DNA from: a virus
Lineage: Duplodnaviria > Heunggongvirae > Uroviricota > Caudoviricetes
IMG/VR virus record: IMGVR_UViG_3300033553_000816
Reading direction: 5' to 3' (one strand)
Length of the DNA: 64,000 bases
The notes under the pieces are model-generated. The model was not told the origin of the DNA. It made no database searches and was given only the letters and a program-made list of their open reading frames with translations. Below are positions 44,011-53,330 of the stretch, piece after piece; the first letter of the stretch is position 1, and every line of letters starts with the position of its first letter. The translations under genes were made by a program, and so were the position numbers.

Positions 44011-44096
44011 TCAGCTTATAGCGATGCTATTTGACAAATCACTGAACCAATGCTACTTTTTCTTCATAAAGATTTCCAAACATGAAGGAGAATTAC

Positions 44097-44387
44097 ATGA
44101 AGGTTCGAAATAAGGTTTTTATGGTAGTCATGTCAACAGCAGTTGTTTTAGGGGTTTCTGCTTGTGGGCAGGCCCCGTGGGAAGATTCGATGAAAGACCT
44201 CGAAGGTGTTACTTTCCACAGCCCCACCCAAGTTAAAGCGTGGAACAACGTTGATGCACACCCGAACATCGTTGAATTATGCCTAGATGGTGTTGCTTTC
44301 GCGACTACCACTCGTGAATTTGAGAATGTTTTCCGAGTTCCTGAGTGGGATTACCTGTGCGATAAGCCCGAGGGGTGGACCGACTAA
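44097..44387 (+). CDS. Putative lipoprotein
   Basis: AAGGAG RBS then ATG at 44097 giving MKVRNKVFMVVMSTAVVLGVSAC (lipobox). The track starts at 44082. Confidence 0.5.
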   Translation: MKVRNKVFMVVMSTAVVLGVSACGQAPWEDSMKDLEGVTFHSPTQVKAWNNVDAHPNIVELCLDGVAFATTTREFENVFRVPEWDYLCDKPEGWTD

Positions 44388-44407
44388 ACGAAAAATACTT
44401 AGCGAAG

Positions 44408-44450
44408 GCGGCTGAACGCACACTCTAGACAACGCGTTCAGCTGCTTTTT
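44408..44450 (+). terminator. Rho-independent terminator
   Basis: GCGGCTGAACGC-(14-nt loop)-GCGTTCAGCTGC, a 12-bp stem with one G.U pair, followed by TTTTT. Confidence 0.55.
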
Positions 44451-44453
44451 GTC

Positions 44454-44482
44454 TTGACAAAAAATATTAGTTGAGGTATACT
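44454..44482 (+). promoter_or_regulatory. Near-consensus sigma70-type promoter (TTGACA -17 nt- TATACT)
   Basis: TTGACA at 44454-44459, a 17-nt spacer, TATACT at 44477-44482. AGGGAGA RBS and ATG at 44514 lie downstream. Confidence 0.5.
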
Positions 44483-44513
44483 TTACTTACTATATAAACT
44501 TTCAGGGAGAAAA

Positions 44514-44897
44514 ATGTTTAATTTTGGTGATGTTGCTCGAATCCGAGCTGAATGTACGCCCGAAGAGCGGCGCGAATATGCTTTTGATTTCTATGAGGAC
44601 GAAACGCGCTTAGAGAAACTACAGGGCATGTGGTTCTGGCTTTACGGCCCGTCTTACCTTATTGACTTCTATCGTGGAGCGCGAAGTTATGTTCGTAATC
44701 CTGTTGGTGAGTTCCGTGCGGCTCGCAATTGGGCGGCGCGCCCTAAGAAAGCCGGAGATAAAGTTTACTACCATGAGGAGGGTCCTTACGAAGTTCTCTT
44801 CATCGACCCTAACAACCCTGATGAGCTCACTATTGACATTGACGGTAACGAAGCAAAAGTTTCATATGAAGCGTGCTGTGAACCGTACAGAGGGTAA
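44514..44897 (+). CDS. Hypothetical protein
   Basis: 127-aa ORF preceded by a promoter and an RBS. Confidence 0.5.
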   Translation: MFNFGDVARIRAECTPEERREYAFDFYEDETRLEKLQGMWFWLYGPSYLIDFYRGARSYVRNPVGEFRAARNWAARPKKAGDKVYYHEEGPYEVLFIDPNNPDELTIDIDGNEAKVSYEACCEPYRG

Positions 44898-44914
44898 CTC
44901 TTTTACTTGAGCGG

Positions 44915-45595
44915 TTGCCAAAACAAGATTTTCGGTGTATGGTAAAAGCATATTCAATGGTAAACGGAGCGCTCTATATGACAAGCACGGTAAATAATCT
45001 AGTTAGCTTCATCAACGATGCCCCCGAGATGGCTAATTTTAAACAAACAGTGAAACGCGAAAGTAAAAACTTACTGACTTCTTTCGAAGATTTCACTGAC
45101 GCGCTGTTGAGAGACCCTAAATTCATCGTCTGGGCTTTGACCGGCAAAACGGCTTACACTGATAGCACAGTTGAAGCTTTCGGCACCCTAATGTCAGCAG
45201 TTAGGGAACATGTTATTTATGAACAGCTGGAAAACGTTTTTTACATTACAGCTGAAGTGAATTATCGTTCAGAATTCAACGATAAGAATGTAGCGGATAG
45301 CTTTAGTAGAAAAACCCTTGGGGTGCCGTTCATTGGTGTCGGTGATCCTAGCAACCTCACCATCTTGGATGTTGGTTTCATAGGTAAACGCCCCGGTTTG
45401 AGAGTTTATGATCAAAATATTATGAACAAAGAAATCGGTAAGCGAGTCAGGGACATTAAAGACGTTTCCTTCGGGTCTGTACAAGCTAAAGGTTGGGGTT
45501 TCGAAAAAATGAATTATCGGTTTTTCGTTAATAGCCTAAAAGGAAATAACCTTCCCATCTCCGAGGACTTTGTTAGGCCACCCATTCATTTCTAA
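44915..45595 (+). CDS. Hypothetical protein
   Basis: 226-aa ORF. The start may be an internal ATG (MVNGALYMTSTV). Confidence 0.45.
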   Translation: MPKQDFRCMVKAYSMVNGALYMTSTVNNLVSFINDAPEMANFKQTVKRESKNLLTSFEDFTDALLRDPKFIVWALTGKTAYTDSTVEAFGTLMSAVREHVIYEQLENVFYITAEVNYRSEFNDKNVADSFSRKTLGVPFIGVGDPSNLTILDVGFIGKRPGLRVYDQNIMNKEIGKRVRDIKDVSFGSVQAKGWGFEKMNYRFFVNSLKGNNLPISEDFVRPPIHF

Positions 45596-45609
45596 TTAGG
45601 TAAAAAATA

Positions 45610-46404
45610 TCAGCTTCCTTTAGTTATCCACGTTTCGTCTTTCCCCGCTATTATCCGTAACCTAGCTTCACCGCCGCCGAATACTCTGACTGGACCTTGG
45701 AAGCGGCATGACTCTACTGTTGCTTTATCATGTGCCATGAAGTTGCTTGAGAATTTAGATGCTTTAACATCTATCGGACCTCTAGTTGTTACTTTTCCTT
45801 CGAAAAGACAGTTGAAGATAGTACTATTCTCGCCTTCTAATATTTCTACATCATCTAAAAAGTCAGCATTTTCAATCTCAACTTTCTTTTTGCTTATAAT
45901 CTTTACGTTGTTAGTGAATTTAGCACTATGAGCTATCACGTTAACCAGCTCAGCTTCATGAACATTTCTGTTACGCCCCTCACCCATTCTGAAATGAACT
46001 AATTTACTGTCACGTATGTTGAGTTTATAATTGTCGAAGTAAGAAGCATCCAATGTCGTCGTGTTATGTATGACCCCGGAACATCTTTCGAAAACGGTGT
46101 CGTGAATCTCCGAATAATCTGATCCTGATATAGCCAAAGAGGAGTTCTCACTTATTCGTGCGCGGCTTAACTTCACGTTACCTTCGACCCTACTAGAACC
46201 TAATACTTTAGATTCTTTATCCACCCAACAGTCCCCCTCTTGTGAAAGGTTATGGTAGCCAGAAACTTCACCCCCGATATCTCCTTTTTTAACACCAGCT
46301 AGTGGGATGTTTCTGACTGCTTTGATGATACCGGAACTTCCTTTACCGCCTGAGGGTAATATAACATATTTTATTTTCTCAGCATAATCGTCTTCAGTTG
46401 TCAT
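45610..46404 (-). CDS. Hypothetical beta-strand-repeat protein (distinct from families A/B)
   Basis: 264 aa. The middle part has short repeats (SRVEGNVKLSRARISENSSLAISGSDYSEI...). It is the last gene of the minus-strand block. Confidence 0.5.
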   Translation of the reverse strand: MTTEDDYAEKIKYVILPSGGKGSSGIIKAVRNIPLAGVKKGDIGGEVSGYHNLSQEGDCWVDKESKVLGSSRVEGNVKLSRARISENSSLAISGSDYSEIHDTVFERCSGVIHNTTTLDASYFDNYKLNIRDSKLVHFRMGEGRNRNVHEAELVNVIAHSAKFTNNVKIISKKKVEIENADFLDDVEILEGENSTIFNCLFEGKVTTRGPIDVKASKFSSNFMAHDKATVESCRFQGPVRVFGGGEARLRIIAGKDETWITKGS

Positions 46405-46448
46405 ATTTTCCCCTTTGTAAACAAGTAGAGCGTTAAGTTGTTTCGCTA

Positions 46449-47066
46449 TTAGCCATAATATTCGCTAACGTTATTTCCGTTCTCATCATAAGATATAGCG
46501 GTGGGGCCTCCGTCTGTTCTTCCTGACCCACCTGTTTTGACAGCCCATTCCTCTAGCGTTTTGCGCCCTCTCTCATCATAATGGGTGTAAGCCGGTAGAT
46601 TGCCTGTACGATGTTTAACTCCGTCCTCCCGGAATTCTTCCACGGCGAGTTTACCGTTACGATGCCAAGCTCTTACAGTAGGGTTACCTCCAGCTCGATG
46701 TATTTTATTATCTTTATACCAGGTGTGAGCTTCGAGTGGCCCCTCATCGTAATAAGCAATCGAAGCTGGGTGATCTCCATAACTGTTTATCATTCCTTCT
46801 TTAAGCCATATTCTGACAAAAAGCATTCCGGCATAATTGTAATCTCGGGCGTAGTTACGGGTGGATATTTTTACGTGGTGTGTGTAAGGGTCTCTTTTAA
46901 TTTCCACGGGCCCGTTATCGAGGTCGCCAGCTATACTCATATCATCTAAAATTTCAGACATGTCTTTTAATAGTATCTGCCAATAGGTCTCTAAATTAGC
47001 ATCTTCTTGGATGGCTCGTTCTAAAGTCTCTATGAAACTTGCTGCGTTAATTCTGTTGTTAGACAT
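46449..47066 (-). CDS. Family B MORN-like repeat protein
   Basis: N-terminal domain ...AASFIETLERAIQEDANLETYWQILLKDMSEILDDM, then repeats ...HRAGGNPTVRAWHRNGKL..EE. Confidence 0.75.
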   Translation of the reverse strand: MSNNRINAASFIETLERAIQEDANLETYWQILLKDMSEILDDMSIAGDLDNGPVEIKRDPYTHHVKISTRNYARDYNYAGMLFVRIWLKEGMINSYGDHPASIAYYDEGPLEAHTWYKDNKIHRAGGNPTVRAWHRNGKLAVEEFREDGVKHRTGNLPAYTHYDERGRKTLEEWAVKTGGSGRTDGGPTAISYDENGNNVSEYYG

Positions 47067-47068
47067 CT

Positions 47069-47923
47069 TTATTCCCTGCTTCGATAATTATATGCTAACG
47101 GACCTTCAGGAATTGGATCTGTTGGTCGCCCGTTAACATGCCATTCTTCTTTAATTACTTTACCATGATCGTTATATTGTATGAGTGCTGGACCTCCATC
47201 ATCACGGTGAAGCTTCCCTCTCACTCGCCATTCTTCAGTGGCTTTTTTACCGCCAACACCGCTGTGGATTAGTGCTGGCAGGTTACCGTCACGATGAAGC
47301 TGCCCGTTGATATACCATTCCTCTACTGTTTTATACCCGTCATGACTGTACCAGTATGTGACTGCTGGCTTATCACCATCACGATGGAATTTACCTTTTA
47401 TGCGCCACTCTTCAATTATTTTACGCCCAGTTTCTTCATTATAGTATGTGAGTGCGGAGTTTCCTTGGCGGTGAAGGTCGCCGTTCTCTCGCCATTCTTC
47501 CCCAGCCACCCTACCGTCATTATAGTAAGTTCTTTTAGCTGGTTTACCTCCGTCACGGTGCAGCTTACCTTTCTTATACCATTCTTCGTATGATAATTGG
47601 CTACTATCAGTGTCATAGTATATTACCCCTGGATTATCCTTATAGCTATGGCTTGTGTTGCCTTCTCTGCTGAACCAACTTTTACTTGATACCTTCCCAG
47701 TTGAAATGTACTCCCGGAGATAACAACGTGTCGATACGGTGATAGACCCTATCGGGCTTATCCTTGTGATGTAGATATGCCCGGCGTCTGTGTCTGGCAG
47801 GTTTACTTCATCCAAGATGCTGGACATGTCCCGCAGTAACAAGCTCCTGTAGGGCTGTAAGGCAGAATCCTTGATTAGGGCTTCATCTAAAGCTTCTATG
47901 AAATTAACTGCGTTAAATGACAT
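47069..47923 (-). CDS. Family B MORN-like repeat protein (about 9 repeats)
   Basis: ...SLLLRDMSSILDEVN..., then repeats KKGKLHRDGGKPAKRTYYNDGRVAGEEWRENGDLHR.... Confidence 0.8.
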   Translation of the reverse strand: MSFNAVNFIEALDEALIKDSALQPYRSLLLRDMSSILDEVNLPDTDAGHIYITRISPIGSITVSTRCYLREYISTGKVSSKSWFSREGNTSHSYKDNPGVIYYDTDSSQLSYEEWYKKGKLHRDGGKPAKRTYYNDGRVAGEEWRENGDLHRQGNSALTYYNEETGRKIIEEWRIKGKFHRDGDKPAVTYWYSHDGYKTVEEWYINGQLHRDGNLPALIHSGVGGKKATEEWRVRGKLHRDDGGPALIQYNDHGKVIKEEWHVNGRPTDPIPEGPLAYNYRSRE

Positions 47924-47925
47924 TT

Positions 47926-48612
47926 TTATATCTCCTCTAAGATCTGGCCATTTTCACGGTAAATTATTGCGCGTGGCCCATGATAACCAGCGGGTCGGGT
48001 TTCGTCATAAAACAGCTCTGATTGGATTTGTCCGTTATGGAAGTACTCAATCTCAACCGGTTTACCTGGTTCTCTAGAGAGTTTACCTTCTAATCTCCAT
48101 TCCTCCTTACATACATTCCCGTTCTCATAGTAATATACTTCTGCTGGTTTATCACCCTCCCGGTGTGGTTTGTTACCTTCCTGGTACCAGGCTTCCGAGT
48201 CTACATTACCGTTCGCATGGTAGCTTACGAAAGTTGGTTTATCGCCCCCTCGAAACCAATCCCCTTCATTATGCCACGCTTCGGATGATTTGTAAGAACT
48301 TCCTTCATGGTAGGTAATAACAGCTGGCTTACCACCCTCACGGTGCTCTTTACCGTCCTTATACCAAGTCTCTGAGATTACATGGTTTTTGAAATAAAAC
48401 CTACGATATGATTTTGTTGATATCATAAAGTGTTGACCTATGGAAACAAAATTGAATGTTGCTGCAGTATCCCCGGCATTGTAAGCTTCGTTAAGCATGG
48501 TGGACATATCTTCCAAAGCTTTTTTACGATCAGACACGGTTACTTTACCTGAGTTGAACAGCTGCTCTAAAATATTTATGTAATCAGCTGCAGACATATT
48601 CTCATGAACCAT
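47926..48612 (-). CDS. Family B MORN-like repeat protein
   Basis: AADYINILEQLF...RKKALEDMSTMLNEA, then repeats ...HREGGKPAVITYHEG. Confidence 0.8.
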   Translation of the reverse strand: MVHENMSAADYINILEQLFNSGKVTVSDRKKALEDMSTMLNEAYNAGDTAATFNFVSIGQHFMISTKSYRRFYFKNHVISETWYKDGKEHREGGKPAVITYHEGSSYKSSEAWHNEGDWFRGGDKPTFVSYHANGNVDSEAWYQEGNKPHREGDKPAEVYYYENGNVCKEEWRLEGKLSREPGKPVEIEYFHNGQIQSELFYDETRPAGYHGPRAIIYRENGQILEEI

Positions 48613-49298
48613 TAGACGGCACCACCGTTTGTTTTCAGGATGAACAGCTGACCGTTCATGAAATATTTGTTCTCTAAAGCCATGCCGTTTTTAGAATATA
48701 TTACCTCTACAGGGTATGTTAGATCTTCCCTGAGATGCTCACCTTTGATACACCATTCCTCCATGTAGACCTTTCCGTTCTCATGGTAACGTATAAGAGC
48801 GGGTTTATCCCCACTGCGGTGCTTGTAACGACCTTCTAGCCAAACTTCAGCGGAGAGATTACCGTTCTCATGGAATGTTCTCATGGAGGGCTTATCCCCG
48901 TCCCTGTGGAGTTTACCTTCCCTCCACCATTGTTCAGATAGTATATTACCGCCATCTTCATAAAGCATGAAAGCTGGTTTATCACCCTCGCGGTGTTTAC
49001 GCCCGGCTTTGTTTGTGAATCTGCGGCTCTCTATTGTGCTTTCAGATGTATAAATCCTTTCGTAGCTGGGGCTACGTAAACATAAATTACCTTCTTCTTT
49101 TCGTATAGAGACAGTACTATCGGCGTCAGCCTGCTGGGTATTTTGAATAGGGTCATCGTTAAGGTCATCCAACAGTGAGTTCATATCTTTCAAGAGGACT
49201 GAGCGGTCCTTTTGGGTTATGCTACCGTCGTCCGTTGCGGTTTCTATTAGAGTGATAAGGGCAGCTGCTGTAATCAAAGGTTCGTTTTTTATCCCCAT
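48612..49298 (-). CDS. Family B MORN-like repeat protein
   Basis: ...DRSVLLKDMNSLLDDLND..., then repeats ...HREGDKPAFMLYEDGGNILSEQWWREGKLHRDGDKPS.... Confidence 0.8.
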   Translation of the reverse strand: MGIKNEPLITAAALITLIETATDDGSITQKDRSVLLKDMNSLLDDLNDDPIQNTQQADADSTVSIRKEEGNLCLRSPSYERIYTSESTIESRRFTNKAGRKHREGDKPAFMLYEDGGNILSEQWWREGKLHRDGDKPSMRTFHENGNLSAEVWLEGRYKHRSGDKPALIRYHENGKVYMEEWCIKGEHLREDLTYPVEVIYSKNGMALENKYFMNGQLFILKTNGGAV

Positions 49299-49300
49299 GA

Positions 49301-49693
49301 TCAGTATCCGTGTGCCTCTCTTATTTCTCTTTTACCTATCTTCCCATCATACCACGATTCTAGCCTAATAACAAGCTCGTCATCATCATAGACAATCACT
49401 GCTGGTTTATCCCCCTCGCGATGTAGTTTACCGCTCCTGACCCATATCTCTTGTGTTTTCTTCCCATACTTGGATAAAGACAGTTCATAGTTGCTACTTG
49501 ATAGTAATATCCCACTGTCATCTGCCCTTCGATATATTTTCAACTCTTCTTCCGTGCCGTCTTTACCATTAAGTTTACTAACTATAGCGGACACACCAAC
49601 TAATAAGGCTTTGCGTTGCTGCAAGTTAATGACCCCGTGTTTGAAGTTGACTTCAACTTCACCTATCAGATCAGCTGCCGTAATATTAACCAT
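49301..49693 (-). CDS. Family B MORN-like repeat protein (short)
   Basis: AADLIGEVEVNFKHGVINLQQRKALLVGVSAIVSKLN, then ...GKLHREGDKPAVIVYDDD. Confidence 0.75.
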   Translation of the reverse strand: MVNITAADLIGEVEVNFKHGVINLQQRKALLVGVSAIVSKLNGKDGTEEELKIYRRADDSGILLSSSNYELSLSKYGKKTQEIWVRSGKLHREGDKPAVIVYDDDELVIRLESWYDGKIGKREIREAHGY

Positions 49694-50276
49694 TATGTAC
49701 CGCGCGTTTCTTAAATTCCTCTTGCTTTATCAGAGCCCCATGACTGTAATGTGCCATATGGGTAACCTCGCCCGAGTTATCATATTTTATGACAGCCGGT
49801 TCATTGAGTTCGCTACCTAATTTACCTTTATCATCATACCATTGCTCTATGTGTTTGTTGCCGTTCTGGTGGTAAAAAATTAGGGACGGTTTACTGTCAG
49901 CACGATACCGGGTGTCGCTTCTGAAATACTCTTCGCTGAGTATCTCACCCGTGTCGTAATATGTTATGAAAGCTGGGGCATCATTATCGCGGTGCCGCCT
50001 GAATTCTTTCAACCATTTATCGTATTTCAAAGCGTCTTTAGTGTAGTACCTTTCATAGTTTCGGCCAGCTATCAACAGGGACCCGTCATTACCATCTTCA
50101 ATAACTAATGAGGTTAAAGAACTTTTACTTTCGTTAAGGTTGCGAACTGTTTCTTCTAAGTCGCCAACAGCTAATTCAAAGAGCTGGCGTGAGATTTTAT
50201 TTAATCTGTATTTGCTCTCTAGCTTTTTTATCAAATATTCAACAGAGAATACTTCCTCTAGTTCTGTATCTTCCAT
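49686..50276 (-). CDS. Family B MORN-like repeat protein
   Basis: Repeats ...HRDNDAPAFITYYDTGEILSEEYF...SKPSLIFYHQNGN.... Confidence 0.75.
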   Translation of the reverse strand: MEDTELEEVFSVEYLIKKLESKYRLNKISRQLFELAVGDLEETVRNLNESKSSLTSLVIEDGNDGSLLIAGRNYERYYTKDALKYDKWLKEFRRHRDNDAPAFITYYDTGEILSEEYFRSDTRYRADSKPSLIFYHQNGNKHIEQWYDDKGKLGSELNEPAVIKYDNSGEVTHMAHYSHGALIKQEEFKKRAVHNG

Positions 50277-50344
50277 TTTTATATTCTCCGTTGAATTGAA
50301 AAGCGTTATTGCTGTTATTCTTTCTCTAACTTATATTTCGGCTT

Positions 50345-50839
50345 TTAACCTAAAAAATTACCATTCTCGTCGTATTCGTTAAGCTTTTCTGGCTGCCCCG
50401 GTAGTTGAGGCCAGAATTTAGCGCTAATATTACCGTTAGTATGGTAAAAAATTTGGTCAGGTTTATTAGGCTCGTTCTCGCGCCGCTTTTCCGAAGACCA
50501 ATTTTCGCTTAACTTACTGCCATCAGGCCTGTATTTAACTAAGTCCGGTTTGTCATCTCCTCTATAAAGAATTCCGTGGCTGGACCACCCTTCGAAACTT
50601 TTAGTGCCGTTCGGGTTGTAAACCCTCCTGTATGTGTTCGTTTCAATAGAGTAATTACCGCCTTCGTTAAGTGTGTTAACGAAATCTATTTCATCACTGT
50701 TTTCGTTAATGTTTTCAACTATTTCAGACATGTCTCGCATGAATATTTTACGTTCAGCTTCTGAAATTTCTTTTTTGGCAACTGCTTTTTCTATTGCTTT
50801 TATGAAGTCAGCTGCGGTGAAAAATTCTCTATGTGTCAT
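50345..50839 (-). CDS. Family B MORN-like repeat protein
   Basis: Likely start MTHREFFTAADFIKAIEKA (the track starts earlier, at 50887, overlapping the neighbour). ...RKIFMRDMSEIVENINEN. Confidence 0.75.
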   Translation of the reverse strand: MTHREFFTAADFIKAIEKAVAKKEISEAERKIFMRDMSEIVENINENSDEIDFVNTLNEGGNYSIETNTYRRVYNPNGTKSFEGWSSHGILYRGDDKPDLVKYRPDGSKLSENWSSEKRRENEPNKPDQIFYHTNGNISAKFWPQLPGQPEKLNEYDENGNFLG

Positions 50840-51405
50840 CCGCGCCTCCGAATTTCTAATCCGCTTATTACCCTGCCGTTTTCCCATTTTTCTGTTAGGA
50901 TTACATTGTTGTTATGGTCGTAAGTGACTTTAGCTGGTTTACCGCCAAGCCTGTGAAGACGATCATTCACATACCAGGATTCTGTATCAACATTTCCGTT
51001 AGGGTGGTAACTTATTGTAGTGGGTAAATCATTTCCTCTTGAAAGCTTCCCATATTCCCACCATTGTTCAGATTTAGGGGAACCTTTAGCGTAATAAATT
51101 ATTCTAGCTGGTTTACCATTCAGCCTGTGTGGACGGTGCTGATAATCCAACCATGTTTCTTCTAAGGGTATGGTGCTTCCTTTCTCATAAAACCTGTTAT
51201 ACCATGAGGTGATGACGGATACTCTGTCGTGGTTGTTACTGAAAGAGATGTTCATAATTCCGTTAGTGTCGTTCTCATTGAAATTATCTACCAGCTCAGA
51301 CATGTCTTTAAGTAGTAGTTGTCTTTCCTTCTCGGTTATTTTACCTACTTTTAAACTTTCGTCAACGTCAGAAATGAAGTCCGCTGCTGTGTAGAAGTGT
51401 GACAT
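50836..51405 (-). CDS. Family B MORN-like repeat protein
   Basis: Likely start MSHFYTAADFISDVDESL at 51405 with AAAGGA upstream (the track start is 51462). ...QLLLKDMSELVDNFNEN. Confidence 0.75.
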   Translation of the reverse strand: MSHFYTAADFISDVDESLKVGKITEKERQLLLKDMSELVDNFNENDTNGIMNISFSNNHDRVSVITSWYNRFYEKGSTIPLEETWLDYQHRPHRLNGKPARIIYYAKGSPKSEQWWEYGKLSRGNDLPTTISYHPNGNVDTESWYVNDRLHRLGGKPAKVTYDHNNNVILTEKWENGRVISGLEIRRRG

Positions 51406-51448
51406 GATAAAGATTCCTTTGTTATGTTTAAGATCGGACTGATTGTTT

Positions 51449-52042
51449 TTAATGCCTGTCATAAGTTATTTTAGTTGGCTTCCCGCCACCTCTTGAATAC
51501 TCACCATTTATTAACCACTCTTCAGATTTTATTTTACCATTATCATAATAACGGATGGAAGCTGGTTTATCGCCTTTACGATGGCACTGGTCGTTTTCAT
51601 ACCACTCTTCAACTCCGAGTACCCCATTTTCGTGGCGTAGTAACAAAGCTGGTTTATCTGACCCTCGATGTAAACCGCCGTCTTTATGCCAGTATTGAGA
51701 AACTACTTGCCCGTCTTCTTGGTAACCTATTGAGCTTGGGGTATCTTTGTAGCTTTGTTTGTTGTTTCTGCTGTTATAATTTGTTTCTTTGTCTTTTATA
51801 CCATCTGTAGTGTACCGTCTAGCATAGTTTGGATTACTCACCTCAATATCACCCATGTACTCACCAATTCCTATTACATGGTTGAGCTCAGGGGAACTAT
51901 AATAATAGTTCATTTTATCTAAAATGTCAGACATGTCTCGTAACAAGAATTTCTTATATTTCTCAAAGTACTGTTTTCTGCTACAAATTTCATCTAAAAT
52001 AGCTATGAAATCAGCCGCACGGTAAGGACTGTTATTGCCCAT
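51449..52042 (-). CDS. Family B MORN-like repeat protein
   Basis: AADFIAILDEICS...KFLLRDMSDILDKMN, then repeats ...HRGSDKPALLLRHENG...HRKGDKPASIRYYDNG. Confidence 0.8.
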   Translation of the reverse strand: MGNNSPYRAADFIAILDEICSRKQYFEKYKKFLLRDMSDILDKMNYYYSSPELNHVIGIGEYMGDIEVSNPNYARRYTTDGIKDKETNYNSRNNKQSYKDTPSSIGYQEDGQVVSQYWHKDGGLHRGSDKPALLLRHENGVLGVEEWYENDQCHRKGDKPASIRYYDNGKIKSEEWLINGEYSRGGGKPTKITYDRH

Positions 52043-52059
52043 GTTAGGTTCCTCTCTTT

Positions 52060-52680
52060 TTAATATTTGAGCAGATATTCTTCTCTATCAACTGTGCCGT
52101 TTTCTTTATAAAACACTCTCGCTGGTTTAGTGAACTTTTCAACCTCTGTGAAGCCTTTTGTGTTGTGTTGAATGTATTTGAGATTACCGTTCTCATAATA
52201 TTCGAGACTCACGGGTCCGTTAGTCTCTCTGTGTATTTCCCCAAATATACGCCACTGCTTTAATTTTAGTTTACCGTTCAGGTAATATTCTAGGATAGCT
52301 GGCTCATCTCCGCTGCGGTTTATTCTGTTATGTGAGTACCATACTTCTTTTTCTATGTTTCTGTTCTTATGATAGGTTGTGATAGCTGGTTTGTCATTAT
52401 CGCGCCCCGGTTCGTTGGTTCCTTCTTCGAAATAGTTGTCGCTAACCAGATGACCTTCTTTGTATGTACGACGGTATATTCCGTTATAGACATAGAGGCT
52501 GCTGCTGAAAGGTTTCTCACCTCTTATAAGAACTTTCTTAGCGTTGGAATTTTCGTTCAGTTTTTCAACAATGTCGGAGATATCTCGGAGGAGGATTTTG
52601 CGTTCATCAGCTGAAATAGCGTTAATTCTGAAATTACTTTCAACTAAATATATGAAATCAGCTGCCTGGTATGACCCCAT
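52060..52680 (-). CDS. Family B MORN-like repeat protein
   Basis: AADFIYLVESNF...RKILLRDISDIVEKLNEN, then repeats. Confidence 0.8.
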   Translation of the reverse strand: MGSYQAADFIYLVESNFRINAISADERKILLRDISDIVEKLNENSNAKKVLIRGEKPFSSSLYVYNGIYRRTYKEGHLVSDNYFEEGTNEPGRDNDKPAITTYHKNRNIEKEVWYSHNRINRSGDEPAILEYYLNGKLKLKQWRIFGEIHRETNGPVSLEYYENGNLKYIQHNTKGFTEVEKFTKPARVFYKENGTVDREEYLLKY

Positions 52681-52682
52681 TA

Positions 52683-53330
52683 TTACGCGTCCTTCCTTTT
52701 CAAACCGTCAAGCCACCGTTCTTGATTTTTGATAGCTCCGTCCCGGAAATATTCAATAACAGCTGGTTTATCATTTTCACGACTCAGTAATCCCCTAACC
52801 ATCCACTCTTCTGACATTACTATCCCGCTCTCATAATACTCTATGAAAGCTGGTTCATCACCATCACGGTTTGTGTTACCTTCAGTTGCCCATTTTTTAT
52901 GTTTCACTTTACCATCAGTGTAATATGAGATTATAGCTGGTTTATCACCATCACGATGTAACATACCATTTGCGCGCCATATTTCTTTCTCTACATTACC
53001 GTTATTATAATAAAATTTCGCCACAGGTTTGTCACCATCGCGAGAGTACGCTGCGTATTCTCTTGAGAACCATTCCTCAGAAAGTAGTTTACCGTTCTCA
53101 TAGTTTCTTCTGTACCTCGGGCTGTGTAAAACTAGCCCTACGGGATGTATTGATTTTATTGTCATGGATTTTATTGTCATATCGCCAGGTGAGTTGTTGA
53201 CTTCGCGAAGCGTATCTAATATCCCAGCCATGTCGCGCAAAAGTAACTTACGTTGGGGTTCGCTTATTTCTTTTCTAATTAGACTATCCTCTATAATTGA
53301 AAGGAAATCCGCTGCGGATATATTTCCCAT
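52683..53330 (-). CDS. Family B MORN-like repeat protein
   Basis: AADFLSIIEDSL...RKLLLRDMAGILDTL, then repeats ...HRDGDKPAIISYYTDGKVKHKKW.... Confidence 0.8.
   Translation of the reverse strand: MGNISAADFLSIIEDSLIRKEISEPQRKLLLRDMAGILDTLREVNNSPGDMTIKSMTIKSIHPVGLVLHSPRYRRNYENGKLLSEEWFSREYAAYSRDGDKPVAKFYYNNGNVEKEIWRANGMLHRDGDKPAIISYYTDGKVKHKKWATEGNTNRDGDEPAFIEYYESGIVMSEEWMVRGLLSRENDKPAVIEYFRDGAIKNQERWLDGLKRKDA

Noticed and set aside
44098-44115. GGTTCGAAAT motif resembling a tRNA T-loop
   Set aside because: Lies inside the lipoprotein CDS start (MKVRNKVF) with no acceptor-stem complementarity. No tRNA-like structures were found elsewhere by eye, although an exhaustive scan was not possible.
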